A DNA stretch of 64,000 nucleotides, from NCBI GenBank assembly GCA_965112155.1, contig OZ218107.1. One strand, 5' to 3'. A model generated the notes under the pieces. The model worked only from the letters and a program-made list of their open reading frames with translations. It did no database searches and was not told where the DNA came from. This document shows, in pieces, positions 42,201 through 57,200 of this stretch; positions within the stretch are counted from its first letter, which is position 1; each line of letters begins with the position of its first letter. Both the position numbers and the translations under genes were made by a program. This DNA comes from Podarcis liolepis (lineage: Eukaryota).

Positions 42201-45200
42201 CACACTGTGACTGTAGCACTCAATTCAAAGATAAATTATTGCAATGATTCCTTTAATTACAGTGTTGTAGCTGTACAAACATTTCTGTATTAACTCATAT
42301 TGATGTATTTTGCAAGAAATGCTATATATTTTAATACTAAAATGTTATCTACAATTTTAATTGGCAAGCTTAGTACATTCTTAATTTGATCACTATGTAT
42401 TTTTAAACAGCTAAAATGGAAAGTATGGATTGTTTCTCTGAGTCTATGGGGTAAGGTCTGCTATAAAACCTAAGCAAAAACATACAATTGCAGTCTAAGC
42501 TGTAGTAATTGCAGTTCTTTTTATATGCATAGTTACTTGGTTAGTGATAAAGTAATGATGCTATAGTATAAACAGAGGTAAAACCATATGAAAAAGTTTA
42601 GGAATTGATGTTGCATAAATTAAAACTTGGGATAGATCCCAGTCAAATTTAAGTGTTCCTGTGTCCCACTCATTTAAATGTGCTTTTAATTTTTCCGTTG
42701 AGACTGAAAAGTGCTTAAATTTGACTTTATCGTGCCTAATGTTTACTGAACTGACCAATCAAAAGCCATAAGCTGAGTTGAGTTGCTAAATTGTATAAAG
42801 GAAAGCCCCAGGATTGAAACCTATCTCTTCTTTTTTAAGGCTAAATGATAGTGAAATCGAAAGGCATCACTTCAAAGATCCAGATTTGTATTCTGATAAA
42901 TCAGATAGGGAAAATGATCATGATCGCGATGAATCGGATAATGATGGCTTGGGAGAAAGTGACACTGACACATCTGAGCGGCAGGATGACTCGTACATTG
43001 ACCCTGAACCTGATCATATCAAGGAAACAACGTATTTGGAAGAAGTTCATGAAGAGCTTGGAGAGGTTAAAAAAAAGGGGGGGGTTTATGCAGTAGTAAT
43101 GTTTAGGTTTTAATATTTTGAAACTAAAATTGTACCTTGGAAAGGCAGTCATTCTGGCAATATTTGAATTGCAAAATGGTTTCCTTTGCCTTTTTATCAC
43201 ACACTTTCTTGTCTTATGTCCCTCTAGCTGTAGGTCAGTTTTCAGACCACTGGTAGATTAATTGCTTTGGTAGGTTAATTTTTAAAGCATATCTAAGCAT
43301 AAGAGGCCACCATAAAAAGCAAAAGAAACTGGTAGGATTTGGCCAAGGGACTATGGTTGGCTAAAGTTGATGCAGATTTAGAAATAACTTGACAAATCGA
43401 AACGCTAAGAGCCAGACAGTCACCTGAACCGACCCAAAGGTAAACAGAGATTATTCTAGATTGACAACTGATAAGAGCAGCAAGGACATGCCCAAGGGCA
43501 TTAATCAAGGTGAAACAGAAATTTTGAATCTCATGGTTGAGTTGGAAGTTGTAGTGTGTTGCAGGTTATCTAGCCTTGGTTTGATAAATAGCTATTTGGT
43601 GTTTTTTTAAAAATAGTTCACATTTCCTAATTGCAGCATGTGAATTGCTTCACATGTTATATTTTGGCCCTTGCTCATTCAGGGTTGCAGGCTCCGGGTT
43701 TTAATTTAAAAAACCAAAACTGCTTAGGGATAAATTGCCCAGAGTTGAGTCAATTGGAGTGCTTTCTCTTAAGTTGTTCTTTGGAGCATTATGTATTTTT
43801 GATGGGTGGGTGAAGCAAGTTTACGGACAAACATGGGCTCTGACCAATTCAAAATAAATATTAATTCATCCCGTGTCATAGAGAAGGCATTGGCAATTTT
43901 GAACCACGGTGACTGAAACCAAATACCTTCTGCAAATGTGCTCTTTAAATTAGTATCATGTTTATGTTCTATTCTGCTTTGTTGTTGTTGAAGGCAGGAG
44001 AAGCTTCCCAAACAGAAACAGTATCAGAAGAGAACAAAAGCTTGATATGGACATTACTAAAACAAGTACGCCCAGGAATGGACCTCTCCAAGGTGGTGCT
44101 GCCCACGTTTATTTTGGAAACACGTTCTTTCTTGGATAAACTCTCTGATTACTACTATCATGCAGACTTCTTATCTGAGTGAGTTGATTTCATTCCTCTA
44201 CAATAAAAACTAACTGGATGTATCCGCTCAGTATTTTGTTTTCAGAAGCATTTTTTAACATTGCTTTCTGAATAAGTTGTAAAACATGTCAGGCCTGCAA
44301 TAAGTCATACTTCTAGCCCCTGGAATTTTCCCTTCTTTTGTGGGGCTTACCTTTAAAGTCCTAAGTACCTTGGGATTCATGTACCTGAAGGAGTGTCTGT
44401 ACCCACACCAACCTGTCCAGGTCTTGAGAGCACCAAGAAAGGTGCTGATCCAAGTACTGCCTTTAGTTAGGGGTTTGTTATGGTTTTTACAAGGTAAAAA
44501 GGTAAAGGTACCCCTGCCCGTACGGGCCAGTCATGTCCGACTCTGGGGTTGCATGCTCATCTCGCTCTAGAGGCCGTGAGCCAGCGCCGTCCGAAGACAC
44601 TTCTGGGTCACGTGGCCAGTGTGACGAAGCTGCTCTGGCGAGCCAGCACCAGTGCAGCACACGGAAACGCCGTTTACCATCCCGCGATAAAGCGGTACCT
44701 ATTTATCTACTTGCACTTAAGGGTGCTTTCGAACTGCTAGGTGGGCAGGAGCTGGGACCGAAGATGGGAGCTCACCCCGCCGCGGGGATTCGAACCGCCG
44801 ACCATACGATCGGCAAGTCCTAGGCACTGAGGTTTTACCCACAGCACCACCCGCAGAGGGCCTTTTATGCTTTAGACTTTGCCCTGACTTTAGAATTTCT
44901 TTCTAAAGGACTTCACATAGCAAATTTTTCAGTGTTGTGAGAAGGCTTTCTTATTTGCTCAGGCATTTTAGCGTTGTTATTATTTCTAGTTTGTACACAA
45001 GATTTTTTTTGAGTTTTAACTTGTTTTGTCTTCTGCCTTGTTATATATATTTACTGGCTTTAAATTTTATTTCCATCTTCTATTTGAATTAGTTCTTATT
45101 CACACTTTTGTACACTGCTCTTTATTGTGTACAGACAAGATCTGCTTTTTACTCTATCCACATGTTAATAGTTTTGAAATTTTATTGTACATTGTTCTTT

Positions 45201-48200
45201 AATTAAAATAAAGACTGTGTCCAAAAAAGTACTTAGATTTGCTTAACAAATCTTGTTTCTAGAGCTGCCCTTGAAGAGAATGCTTACAATCGTATGAAAC
45301 AAGTTGTGAAATGGTATTTGTCAGGATTCTACAAAAAGCCAAAGGTAACACTTTCCGAACACTTTTTGTGGTAGCAAATCCCTTCCCCTTTCACTCTTTT
45401 TCCTTGCCCCCACCCCCATACACTTTGGTGCAGATCAAAATTTGCCTATATACTATTTCTGGATACTAGTATAATAAGCCTGTAGGATGGTAGGGTGGTG
45501 GCTTTAATCATGGTGTTTGTTGGTTATATCTGTGGCTGGCAGGGTGGGTTAAAGAGGGCCCCTTTCTGCCACTCTTCACCTTCTTGAATTAAAAATTTAA
45601 TTTAATTATAAAGGTCTTCTGTGACCATGAACACTTTGGGCCATGACCATGCTCACTATACCATGTGGCTTCTGGAGGGTGGGCCATTGATCAGTTTTAC
45701 CCTCAGCCCCAAAATAGTGACAGCTCTTGTGGGAGCTTAAGGGTGAGAATAATGGTTGTGCAGTGTAAAATCTAGCACAATAGTTGTGTTAGCAGTAGCT
45801 TGCTGTGCAGCAAGTTGTACATCAGAAAGTATCAGGGCTTCAGCAGTCTGTTGCACAGCTACCTGCGAGAACCATCCTGGTTTTCTATCCTCCTGCGCAA
45901 ATCATTCTGCTAGCACAACTAATACACAGTAATCAATACATATAGTCCTCTGTGTTAAGAAAGGCATACTTTTTGCACATTATTTTTTCTCCCTAAACAC
46001 TTGTAATCAGTCATCTCTGTGTCTGGTTGACTGACTCCTCAGACACCAAATAGCAGCTATGACAAAGGTCCATGTGAAAGACATGCCATATGGAGAGTTG
46101 GCGTGGCATAGTGTTGAACTGAGACATGGGAGACCAGGATTCAATGCCCCACTCGGCCATGAAGCTCACTGGTGACCTTGGGCCAGCCACAGTGTCTCAG
46201 CCTAACCTACCTCACAGGGATGTTGTGATAATAATATGGGGAGAGGGAGAACCATGCACAACACTTCGAGCTCCTTGGAGGAAATGTGGATCAAAAAGGT
46301 AGCCAGTTAAATACTTAACTAGTATGTGGTCAAATAAACACACAGTGCTGCCTCTTCTGCTTTGGATGTGAGCACTGTGGTACTACAGTGCAAAGTTGGC
46401 AGGCAATGTTGTCTAGTGATTTGACTACTGGACTGGTTTAATAAAATGTAATGTGAATCACAGAAATACATTTCCATAGTTGCTGTGCCTCTATATGCCC
46501 TACAAATATGAAATTTACCATAGCTTATCCTGAGAGAGAATGTCACCGTAGGGCTTTCCTTTAAATACTTACAAATTGAAAACTATTAGGCCCTTCTTTT
46601 TTCAGTTGGAATGTATTTTCTTAGCAAAAATTGTCTCTCTTTTCAGGGACTCAAAAAACCCTACAACCCTATCCTCGGTGAGACCTTCCGTTGCTTGTGG
46701 GTTCATCCAGTAACAAATAGCAAGACTTACTATATAGCTGAACAGGTATTACCAAAGATGTAACAAATACGTGTGTTTTTTTTATAACTACCAGCATTTC
46801 TTCAAGTTTTGTTTTTATTTACAGTGTCATCAAATATATGAAGATGACCAGAGGAGAGCTTGGCATAATAGAACCATAACACTTCTATTTTAGCATGTTT
46901 TATTTTTCATTCTTTCCTTTCCTGTTTTAGGGATATCAGTTAGATTGCGGTTCTTATTATTTTAGGCCTAGGGCTCTTTCCTATGTTGAAGGAAACACCA
47001 AAAGGACAAGTGACTGGTTTCTCTTCAGATCATATAAATCTTTCATACAAAGGTTACAGGACTGCAGTTTTTATGGAGGAAGACCCATTAGACTTGGGAT
47101 ATACATTAAACATATTTTCCAAAAGAATCTTAACTGCAGAGATTAGACAGATTCCATTCCATTCCATAGACATTGATTCCAAAATACTCCATGTGACACT
47201 GTGGATATCTCCTTCAAATGTCAGCAGGAATCTCTCAGCCAACGTCATCCCAAGTCTTTGTTGAGGACTTGTCAGGAGTTCAGCCTACACTCAAGTAGGA
47301 CCCTGGCAGAGACACATGCCCGACTGGCATGTTCCTACCCTCCTGGTTGATCGTTCGTGAGCTTCAAAAGCTTTCTTCTGCCCGAACATCACAGCGACCG
47401 ATGCCAACCCGCACACTTAGGGGTCCGCAGAGTTTGCGCATCATGCGCGTGAAAGACCTCAGCAACTCAGCATTTCGGCTAATCTACCTTATTTACATAT
47501 AAACACACACAGAGCACTGCAACATGGCTCCCTCTCTCTCTGGCATCAGACAGCAAAGAGAAAAAGAACAAAGGACAATAGTCCCACTTCACGGAACACA
47601 GTAACACAAACATCCTGTCTCCGTCACTTCCCACTTTGTGGAGTCAAAACATATACCGTCATGTGAAAGACAAAAATCCCATTACTGCAATCATGCAGCT
47701 GGGAATTCTAACAAAATTTGAGCTTCTTTCTGATACGCTAGGTGATACTTCGAAACCCGTAAATTTGTTTCACAAAGTTTGATAATCTGAAGGCAAGCGT
47801 TGTGGTGATAATGTGTCTATATGCAGGACATGCATAATCAACTCATTTGAGAACTGACTAATGAAGTTTGAGAATGGTTCTCTATATTTGGATATGACTT
47901 GTTTGTACTTCCCACCTTAATTAAGAATAACATGTTACAGTTCTCAAATTTTCTAGCCCATGTGTAAATAGTCTTTTCGGAAATATGTTTGAGTATCTCA
48001 AGTTTGATGGGTTCTCCACAACAGAGAAACTCTACTCTGAGTGGAATGCTAATTTAAGGGCAAAATAATAAGTAATGGTTAAGAAAAGATGGTGGCTCTG
48101 TCTAGTAGTAAAACTGGTGCCTGAAATGCAATAGTGAAGTATGTGCATGTGTATCTCAGTTTGACTCACTTGTAACTATTACTTTCTCTTTAACAATAAG

Positions 48201-51200
48201 CCAGTTATCAGCAGTCATAACTACTGCAGGTTTCTGGTTAGTTCGTTAGTTTAATTATGTTGATGTCATGTTTTTGCACAAGTATCTTCAATAATACTTG
48301 GTGTGTAGCTACATACAGTGGTGCCTCGCAAGATGAAAAGAATCCGTTCTGTGATTCTCTTCGTCTAGCGGTTTTTTCGTCTTGCGAAGCAAGCCCATTG
48401 GCGGATTAGCGCTATTAGCGGCTTTTAGCAGCTTATCGGATCAGCTGATAAGCGGCTTAGCAGCTTAGAAAAAGGGGGGGAAAGGGAAAAAAACCCGCAG
48501 GAACTCGCAAGACATTTTCGTCTTGCGAAGCAACCCCATAGGAGATTCGTTTTGTGAAGCACCTCCAAAACGGAAAACTCTTTCATCTAGCGAGTTTTCC
48601 GTCTTGCGAGGCATTCGTCTTGTGGGGCACCACTGTATTTGGTGAATTACATCCACTTGCCTAGTGATTAGGATTCCAAATTATAATTCTTCTGCACCCT
48701 TTGTTGCCACAGATTTTCACAGCAACTCACCTTATATTGAATTATGTTGCTTTCAACAGGTATCTCATCATCCTCCAATATCTGCCTTCTATGTAAGCAA
48801 TCGAAAGGATGGATTTTGCCTTAGTGGTAATATCTTGGCGAAATCCAAATTTTACGGTAAGATCTTGTGTTACTTGTTTTCAGTGTCTACAAAAATGTGC
48901 CTATTTTTTAATGATGAAAGTGTGTTAAATAATAAGAATTTGATGAATGCAGTGATAAAAATGAATTGAAAGAGCTTTCTCTCCACAAAAAAGAGTGCCA
49001 TAGTTCTTTTAAATTAATATTAGTCTACAGAATTTTCTGTGAGGACACTATTTAGTCTTGTAAATCTTCTGTACGTTCTCCGGATGTGCTTCTTTGAATC
49101 TTAACATTTTATTTTCTTTCAGGAAATTCATTATCTGCCATTCTGGATGGTGAAGGACGACTGCTGTTCCTAAACAGAGGAGAGGAATATGTAATGACCA
49201 TGCCATATGCACATTGTAAAGGTAAAAATACCAGTTTGGCCAATCCAACCTACTTACTATCCATTCTTGTTACAAGTGCTTTCCCTGCCTTCTGGCAAGC
49301 ACAGATAGCTTGAGAATGAGACAAAGTCTGGGCCGACTTGTATGGAGGTGTGATTAAGTGAAGAAACTGGAGAAGAAATGACTACTGTTTCTTCGTTTCC
49401 TCATAACCATAACTCAGGGAGAAGAATGATTGCTAAAAAATAACTGTTGCTTGTTTTGGCCCGTGAGAAATCATGGACTAGAGTATGACCCAATTTTCAC
49501 ATACAAAAAATCATTTTTTTTGTGGGAATTTGGTCCTTCCCTAATTTGGAAGACACATTCTGTCTGCAAAAATCCTTCAATAAATATTTAGTTGTGCTGC
49601 ACAAAGGCCACTTCTTAATTCAGCGGTGTCCTTTATTTCATGTAAGATTGAATAATGGGGTATACATGATAGATGGAACTTAAAATATGCTAAAACCCTC
49701 CTACTCAATGCAAAAGTGAGCCCTCTCTGTGAAAGAACAGTCCAGATAGTTTGCATCATTTCTAAAAGAATATTAGGGTTGTGAGTCTCCAAGGGGAGAG
49801 AAATTGATAGCTGTAGGTCATACTGAGCTTTGCACAGTGCTGGGACATTTGGAGGGCATTCTCTGTATACCTAAGAACAGGACAATGAAGGACACAGTGC
49901 TACATACAGTGAATTATAGCAAACATTGGTCACACTCAGAGCAGACTCATTAAAATCAGCAGTTACTCCGTATATGGTGCTGTTGGTTATCACACAGTAG
50001 TTATGCATATTTGAACTTATAAACAATTTGAATCTCTGCAGAGAAGATAAAGCAGTAGAATAAATAATGTCTTCTAAATAATTACTTCCAATAAGTAATG
50101 TCTTCCAGTGAGGATTTTAGTATTTTTGAATTTAACCAGCTGAAGATTTCTGCTGACTTTGTTTGTTGCTTGAGGGCTTATGAGCCTTTGATAGACAGTG
50201 GCTTTTTAAAGAAAAGGATTAGCCATGTTGGTGGAATTTTCCTCTTGTTATGCATATTGCTGTCAGTTAATTTTTCTTGGAATGTAACAAAAGGCATGGG
50301 CTTTAGTATACCATCTTTAATTATACTGTAGGTAGAAATGGAAGTACAAAATGGAGGTAACTTTGTAACAGAATTAGAATTAAAACGAGTTCTTTCTTAA
50401 CAGGAATTCTGTATGGCACAATGACTTTAGAGCTTGGAGGAACTGTTAGCATCACATGTGAAAAAACTGGATACAGTGCAGCACTTGAATTCAAGCTAAA
50501 GGTTAGTCAAACCTGTTTATAGGCACCAGAGGATTTAGCGTTAGAAAATACAGAGTAGTGCATTCATTCTTTTGGTTCTGCAGAGGAAATGAGACCTCTT
50601 TTACTGAAAACACAAGAAAAAAGAAAACAACATAAATCCCAAATTACATATCTATAACTTCCATTTGCTTGTTTCATTGACCTCCTCACACCTCCCTTTT
50701 TGTATTCTAGTTTAATTAATTATTTCAGCAAATTCTTTCCATCTTTCTCAATTTTTGTTAAAAAATTTATCTTGACAGTTTAACTTAACAATTAGCTCAG
50801 CAAATCCTTACCATCTTTCCCCATATTCTATTATTTTTAAATTGCCTTAATTTAACCTTATCTTACCCTAAAATACCTTGAAGCTTAAATCTTAGTTTTC
50901 AAATATACATAACTCCTGATATCATTTCTGCTAGAGTCATATGGTTTCATTCCAACATTTTCCCTAATATTCATTAATTTTTAGCCAATTCCCTAAATAA
51001 AAAGTTTCCTTTATAAAGTTTCTTCCAATCTTCATCCAACGTCTCATCTTCCTGGTCTCGGATCGTGTCAGTCCTTACTGTCCAATCCATCTAGTCCATC
51101 AACCTGGAAGCCTTATGTCCGAGGCCCTTAAGTCTCTTCCATGTCCCTTCTGCATTTCTTCTTCTTCTTGTTTATACTTGCCCTTTTCCTTGTCTTTTGT

Positions 51201-54200
51201 TGATCTCTTCTTAAGTCCTTTCCTTTCTCATTGAGGAGTAGTTCTCTGGGGGGTTCCAACCCAGAATTGTCTCCATCTCCCTTCATCAAACCCACCCATT
51301 CCCCAAAGTCACACTCCCCACAGTCCTCGATAAAATCCAAAAAATATTTTAAAACATTTCAAGATCTCTCCAAAGTTAGGAACCTCCTCAACACCAGATT
51401 CCCCCTGGCCCATTCCAACTTCAATCTTCAATAACAGCGGCTTATGCTCCTGTAGGGTCTCGGGTATCTCCATTTGTATTATTTGAGGTGCAACCGCATC
51501 CTCCTCCATTATCTTCTGTTCTTAACCAGTCAGTACTGATTCTGAGTTGGTCCCTGAATAATTTCTGTATCAATGTTCTCTGTTTGTCCACAGTTACTAG
51601 CCACAACAGTCAAATCCATTTTTTCATTCATCAAGTCCATCTTCTCATGCATCTGTTCCAACAGGGCACTTGTCTTGCATAAGGCAAGCACCCAATCTTC
51701 CTCCCAGCTCATCTTTAGGCAAGGTCAGAAAAGACTGTTCCCACGGTCTTAATCTCACAGCTGTTGAGTCCTCATGTATACTGCTGCAACAATTTAACAA
51801 GCTCCCTCTAGAGGAGACAATTTCTATTTGTATCCATTTTTTTCCCTTTTTTTTTAAAGGCAAGTCCAACAAAGGAAAATTACTTTCGTTTTTCAGATAT
51901 TTTCCAGATATTTTGTTTCTTTAAGATGCAAAAGCCAACATTGGAATCAGCTTGATTCTCTTCTTTAACTATCTGTCAAAATATTCCATTCACAGTCAAT
52001 GAACCTACAATTTCTGTCTCTGACACCCCGTTCCCAGGTTAGAGACGGTGGAAACTTATCCTTCTCGCTCCCTCTCCTGCAGGGGTTAAACAAAATCCCC
52101 CCCCCCCTTTTCTCCTGCTTCCAAGGGGGTTTCAGTAGTTCTGAATGAAGGAAATTTAGACTTTTTTGACAGCTTTCCAGGCTTTAGCTTACAAAGTTTT
52201 TGCTTTATTGTTATTGTTATTGTTGTTTTCTTTTTTCTTTATAACTTTGAAACGACTAATAAATATTTTTTTTTTAAAAAAAGAGACCTCTTTTACTGGC
52301 CTAGTTTATATTTTAAATGCTGGAAGCAACCTTTGAATATTAGTGGTGATGGTGATAATCATCATAATAAACCCTCTAGTACCTTGCAGTTCTTTTCACA
52401 CTTACCTATTGAACTCAGTGAGACGTATTTCTCAGTAAACAGCACAACCCTAAGCATATTACAGTTTTGGGCAAAAAACTCGCTCTGTTTTTTTATAAAA
52501 ATCTGACCCAAAGTTAGCTGTATTTATTAATCAGTAGAATAGTTCATAATATTTATTTAGAAACTATGCAGAAAAACAAGACTTTTATATTAATCCATTC
52601 ATTTTACCCAGAGATGGGGAACCTGCTGCCTCCCAGATGGTGTTGGACACCAGGGATTATGGGAACCATAGTCCAACAGCATCCAGAGGCCATAGATTCC
52701 CCTAGCACTGATTTAAATAAAAATAAAGTAGTAAATTTAATACTTCTGTAGCTCAGATATAGTGCCATAGTTATTAGTTGCTCTAGTCATGATGTGTTCT
52801 TTGCACTTCCAGCATAATTTTTCTTTGTGGATAATTTTCTTCAGATATTTCTCAAGGAATGGAAGAAGAGTTCAGTATTTGATTCTACTTAGTTCTGGGG
52901 GAATGATGACAGATATTATCTTTGAAATACGTTAGGCTGACATTTCAGAAACCTCTTAGCAGCTTTTAGTAGCCTAATTTGCTTGTCACACAAAACCCTA
53001 CTTTAAATAAACAGTACATTGATGTGAATGAGCAGCATGCTGGTGCACAGTGTGGCTCAGAAGTTCCCAAAGAACTTGTCTCCTACTGCTGTCATTTTCT
53101 GCAGACCAAAGATGCCAGAATCTGGCTTGTTGTGTCCTCTGAACATGAGCTTTTGGTTTCCCACCAAACAAACCACAAGCAGTAGAACAAATACTGGTTT
53201 CCGCTCATGATTTGGGAATAAACAAACCACGTGCCTGGGTTCAGAAGACGTGGCAAGCCTCCCTTTGGCTTACTTCATCTGCAGCACAATAGGTGTAAGG
53301 AAGGAGCACTATGGGAACTTTTACGTTAAACCCATCATTTGTTTTAATCATTTGTTTTAAAATATTGGCATAATGCAATGTGTTAACTGAGACATTATCT
53401 TATAAAGTTCTACACAGCATTATCAAGCATCTAATCTTTTTTCTTTAATAGCCATTTTTGGGCAGCAATGACAGTGTTAATCAGATAATGGGGAAAATTA
53501 AACTTGGAAAAGAAGTGCTAGCTACTCTGGAAGGCCACTGGGTGAGTAGCATGTTTATTTTCAATTGTTGGGTAGCCCTTTAAAATTTCTCTTACATGCA
53601 TTGAATTATTGGTACATAATTCTGTTAAGAATGACACATTCCCCCCCATCCCCCTTTGATTACCCTAATTGCCATTCACATCAAATATTTATTGTACCTT
53701 TTCAGAGGCCTTTCGAAAATTTGAACTTTCACTTCAGATTCTTTGTTTACTAGATTCCATTGGTAGCAAAAAGTTTTGCAGAAGTACTGCATCTGAGGTC
53801 AAAACCTGACTGAAAGTAAATCAGGTTCCCTTAAATCATGTTCCTCTTGCTGAAATAAGAGATCTATTTTCAGATTTGACTTTAAATTGTCCCCAACCAC
53901 GTATGCCAAACTGGCAAAACAAACCTCATGGTTGCAAAAAGTGACTTTCTGAAGGAAGTCTTTGTTCTTATTGACTTTGTAAGATTGTTTACTCTTTGAC
54001 TACAAAGTAATCTAATATGTTAAACATTACAGGACAGTGAAGTTATTATTAGGGACAAAAAGACAGATGTTTCAGAGACATTCTGGAATCCAACACCCGA
54101 GATCAGACAGCGCAGATTAAGAAGATACACAGTGAAGTTTGAGGAGCAAGGTGACTTTGAGTCAGAGAAGTAAGTTCATATTAAACCTGTTTTCTTATAG

Positions 54201-57200
54201 ATTAATACATAGCAAGCATCATGCAGCTAATGGCTGGAAGCAGGAAGGGTGGAGGGTGAAAAACATAGTGCAGCAAAAAATACAGGAACTTGAGTTGGAG
54301 TAAATTGGAGAAATAATTTCTAAAATAGGTAACAAATTGAAATCAAGCTTATGTGGTAATTGTAAGTTTTGTTCAGATGATACAGCAGAAATAAACTTGC
54401 AATGAATATATTTGGACCAGTGTCTGATTCTTAACAGTTGTATTACTTGTATGTGCTAGACTTTGGCAACATGTGACCCGAGCTATAAATAACAAAGACC
54501 AATCAGAAGCAACTCAGGAGAAATGTATTCTTGAAGAAGCACAGAGAAAGGCTGCCAAAGAAAGGAAACTTGCAGATGAAGAGTGGGTATGCAAACTGTT
54601 TGAGCCAGATCCACTCACAGGGGAATGGAACTACAGATTTGCAGAGTAAGTTTTGGTTTGCTTTCCCTTTCTACTTGGGATACTAGCAAACAATTTTGAA
54701 ACAGGTTGTCACATACTACATACTTGGCTATAGTATGTAGTCTGACTGGTAATATGATCCTTCATGCAGATATATCAGATAATGTTTTTCTTTAGATGAA
54801 GAGACCCTCCAGATCAGACAAGATGCATATTCCATTCTTGATCTTCATGAAATGCTAGTACCTTGCATTTTGAAAAGAAGCAGGATGATTTTTTTCCTCT
54901 TTTTGAGTAGACTTACTTAACTTGCACTGTGTCCATTCTCTGTTGCCCACAGCACAAGACCTTGGGATCCACTGAATGATATGATACAGTTTGAAAAAGA
55001 TTGTGCTATCCAAACAAAAGTCAGACATCGGACACCAATGGTAAGCTCTTGTATGATATTACGTGGGCAAGTAAAAAACAGCAGATTATCCTTTAGAATG
55101 CAGAGTCCAATATTTGTCTCATGGCCAGTTGCCTTGGAGAGATTAAAACTGTAATGAAATCCATCCTTCTTACCTGAGGATAAGCAAGGAAAGTTCACTG
55201 TTAGCAGAACTGAAGAAGCTAAATGGCAGTCAGCATAACTCCTTCCCATCCTTACCTTGCATTTCAAACATGAAAGCTGGTTGTTGATTTCTCCTCCTTC
55301 TCCCTGGGTTTAATGGTATTGCAAGGCCAAAAGGAAAGGCCCCATTACTGGAAACAGTATTATTTCACTTCCTTCACAGTCTTTTATAAATCCTTGTATC
55401 TCTCAAAAATATCCATAGAATCTCCAACACCAAGCCCCAGAGGTTTTGGTCTCAAAGAGCAGCCCTTAAGAACAGATTAACAGTACCCAGATCACTAAAC
55501 CTATGAAACAGAGGCTCTCTTTCGTTCATATACCTCAAACAGTCTCATATAACATGGTCAGATGTTTCTTCCACCCCAAAGTTCACAACAACCAGAGTCA
55601 ATCCCTCCAGCCTTACAGAGACCACTCTAAAGAGCACAATGCCTCGTCAAAATTATGAACAGACTGAACCTTTTTCTAATATCAAAGCAGGTTGTCACAG
55701 CAAGTGCTTTATCTGTCTTGTTACTGAGCAGATAAGTCTTATGAATTGCAGGTTAGTGTTGCAAAAATAAAGAGGTCTGCAAAATCGAAGAAAGGGGAGA
55801 GTGGCTTCTCATCGCCAGAACCTGATAATCAGGACTCCTCTGGTAGTGAAGGTAAGTTCACACTATCCATTTTTCTTTTCGGATAGAATGCAGTAGTAGT
55901 TACATGCCTTTACTTCATTCTCCTTTAGACTAAAGAGGTTGTGTTGTAAAACGGTGCATTTATTTTAGGATTGGGAACAGTTTTTTTGTCCTGAGTTATG
56001 AAAGGCAGAAAAAGAGAAAAGTTGCGTGATTTTGTTTGGTGAACTAAAAGCGTTTACCACCTTTAAAGATTTCCATTCTTTAAACTATCTTGCATTATTT
56101 GAATTACTTCTGAAGGGCAACACAAACACAGTGCAAGAATCCGAAAGAAGACACTAGACCTTGGTGAACTGCAAAGTGCCATTGACTCTATAAGAGAGAC
56201 GCAAGAGGACATTAGAAGGTGTGTATTTTTGAAAGTTTTTCTGTCTGTTTTTACCGCAAGTGCTTTGTTCAAAATAAAAAACACCACTTATATATATGTG
56301 AATCAACTGCTAAATAAATACATTATATCAAATCATCCTTGTAGGTCATCAGTTCTCAAAGGTGTAAATCAGACTTCTTTAGTGAGGCATGACCGGTTTC
56401 TTAAATGGACGCAATATAATCTCCGAACTTTTTTTAACCAGTTTCTTTGTACTTGTGGGGTGGACCAGGAATTCACTAGTTTTATTGTGTCTCTACCCGT
56501 GTTTTGTTCAGTAGTAGGAAAATTCCATGTTTGTTTCATGGAGTACTTGTCTCAGGTGCCTCAGTGCATCCTTTAGATCTGCACAATATTCATCCTCTGT
56601 TTTGTTTCTTGTGTTTGTCTTGGCCAAAACAAGACAACATTCGATCATAAGATCTCTTACGTTCTTAAGAATAGTTATCAGGCATTTTTGTCTATGGCAT
56701 GAGAGTTAATATCTAGGTCTAATCTTCCACGTTGAAGAAGTGGATTACCAGAAATTTCTATATTATTATTATTATGGTAGATTAACTAAAACTTTAGTTG
56801 ATAGATCTCCTACTGAAACACATTAAAGATTCACAGACCAAAAATGTGACACTGTTTTAGCTTTCTAAATAAGGAGTCGACCTAATGTGTGTTTCTTGTC
56901 AAATCCCTTTGAAATTAATGGCAACTGTATAGGAGCATTTCTTAGAGGATAGTCATGTGGTATTTCTTTTTGTTCAGTTTTTACCATCCCTAAAACAGTT
57001 GTCTTTTGCTTTAATCATGCCCCAAATAGCCAAATATATGCCTTTGCAAAAGTTACTTTGGAGCAGAAATTTCCAAATATTTCACTGTTGGAGCTTGTGG
57101 AAGTTGGGCCCACATATTTGTGCCAGCTCTAAAGTGAACCCCACCCCCTTTGGTCCCCCATTTTTAGATCTTGGGGTTTCATCCCAAGGCTCTAATTGTG

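Noticed and set aside
44760-44854. tRNA-like A/B box sequence
   Set aside because: It is the head of the Sauria SINE, not a tRNA gene.
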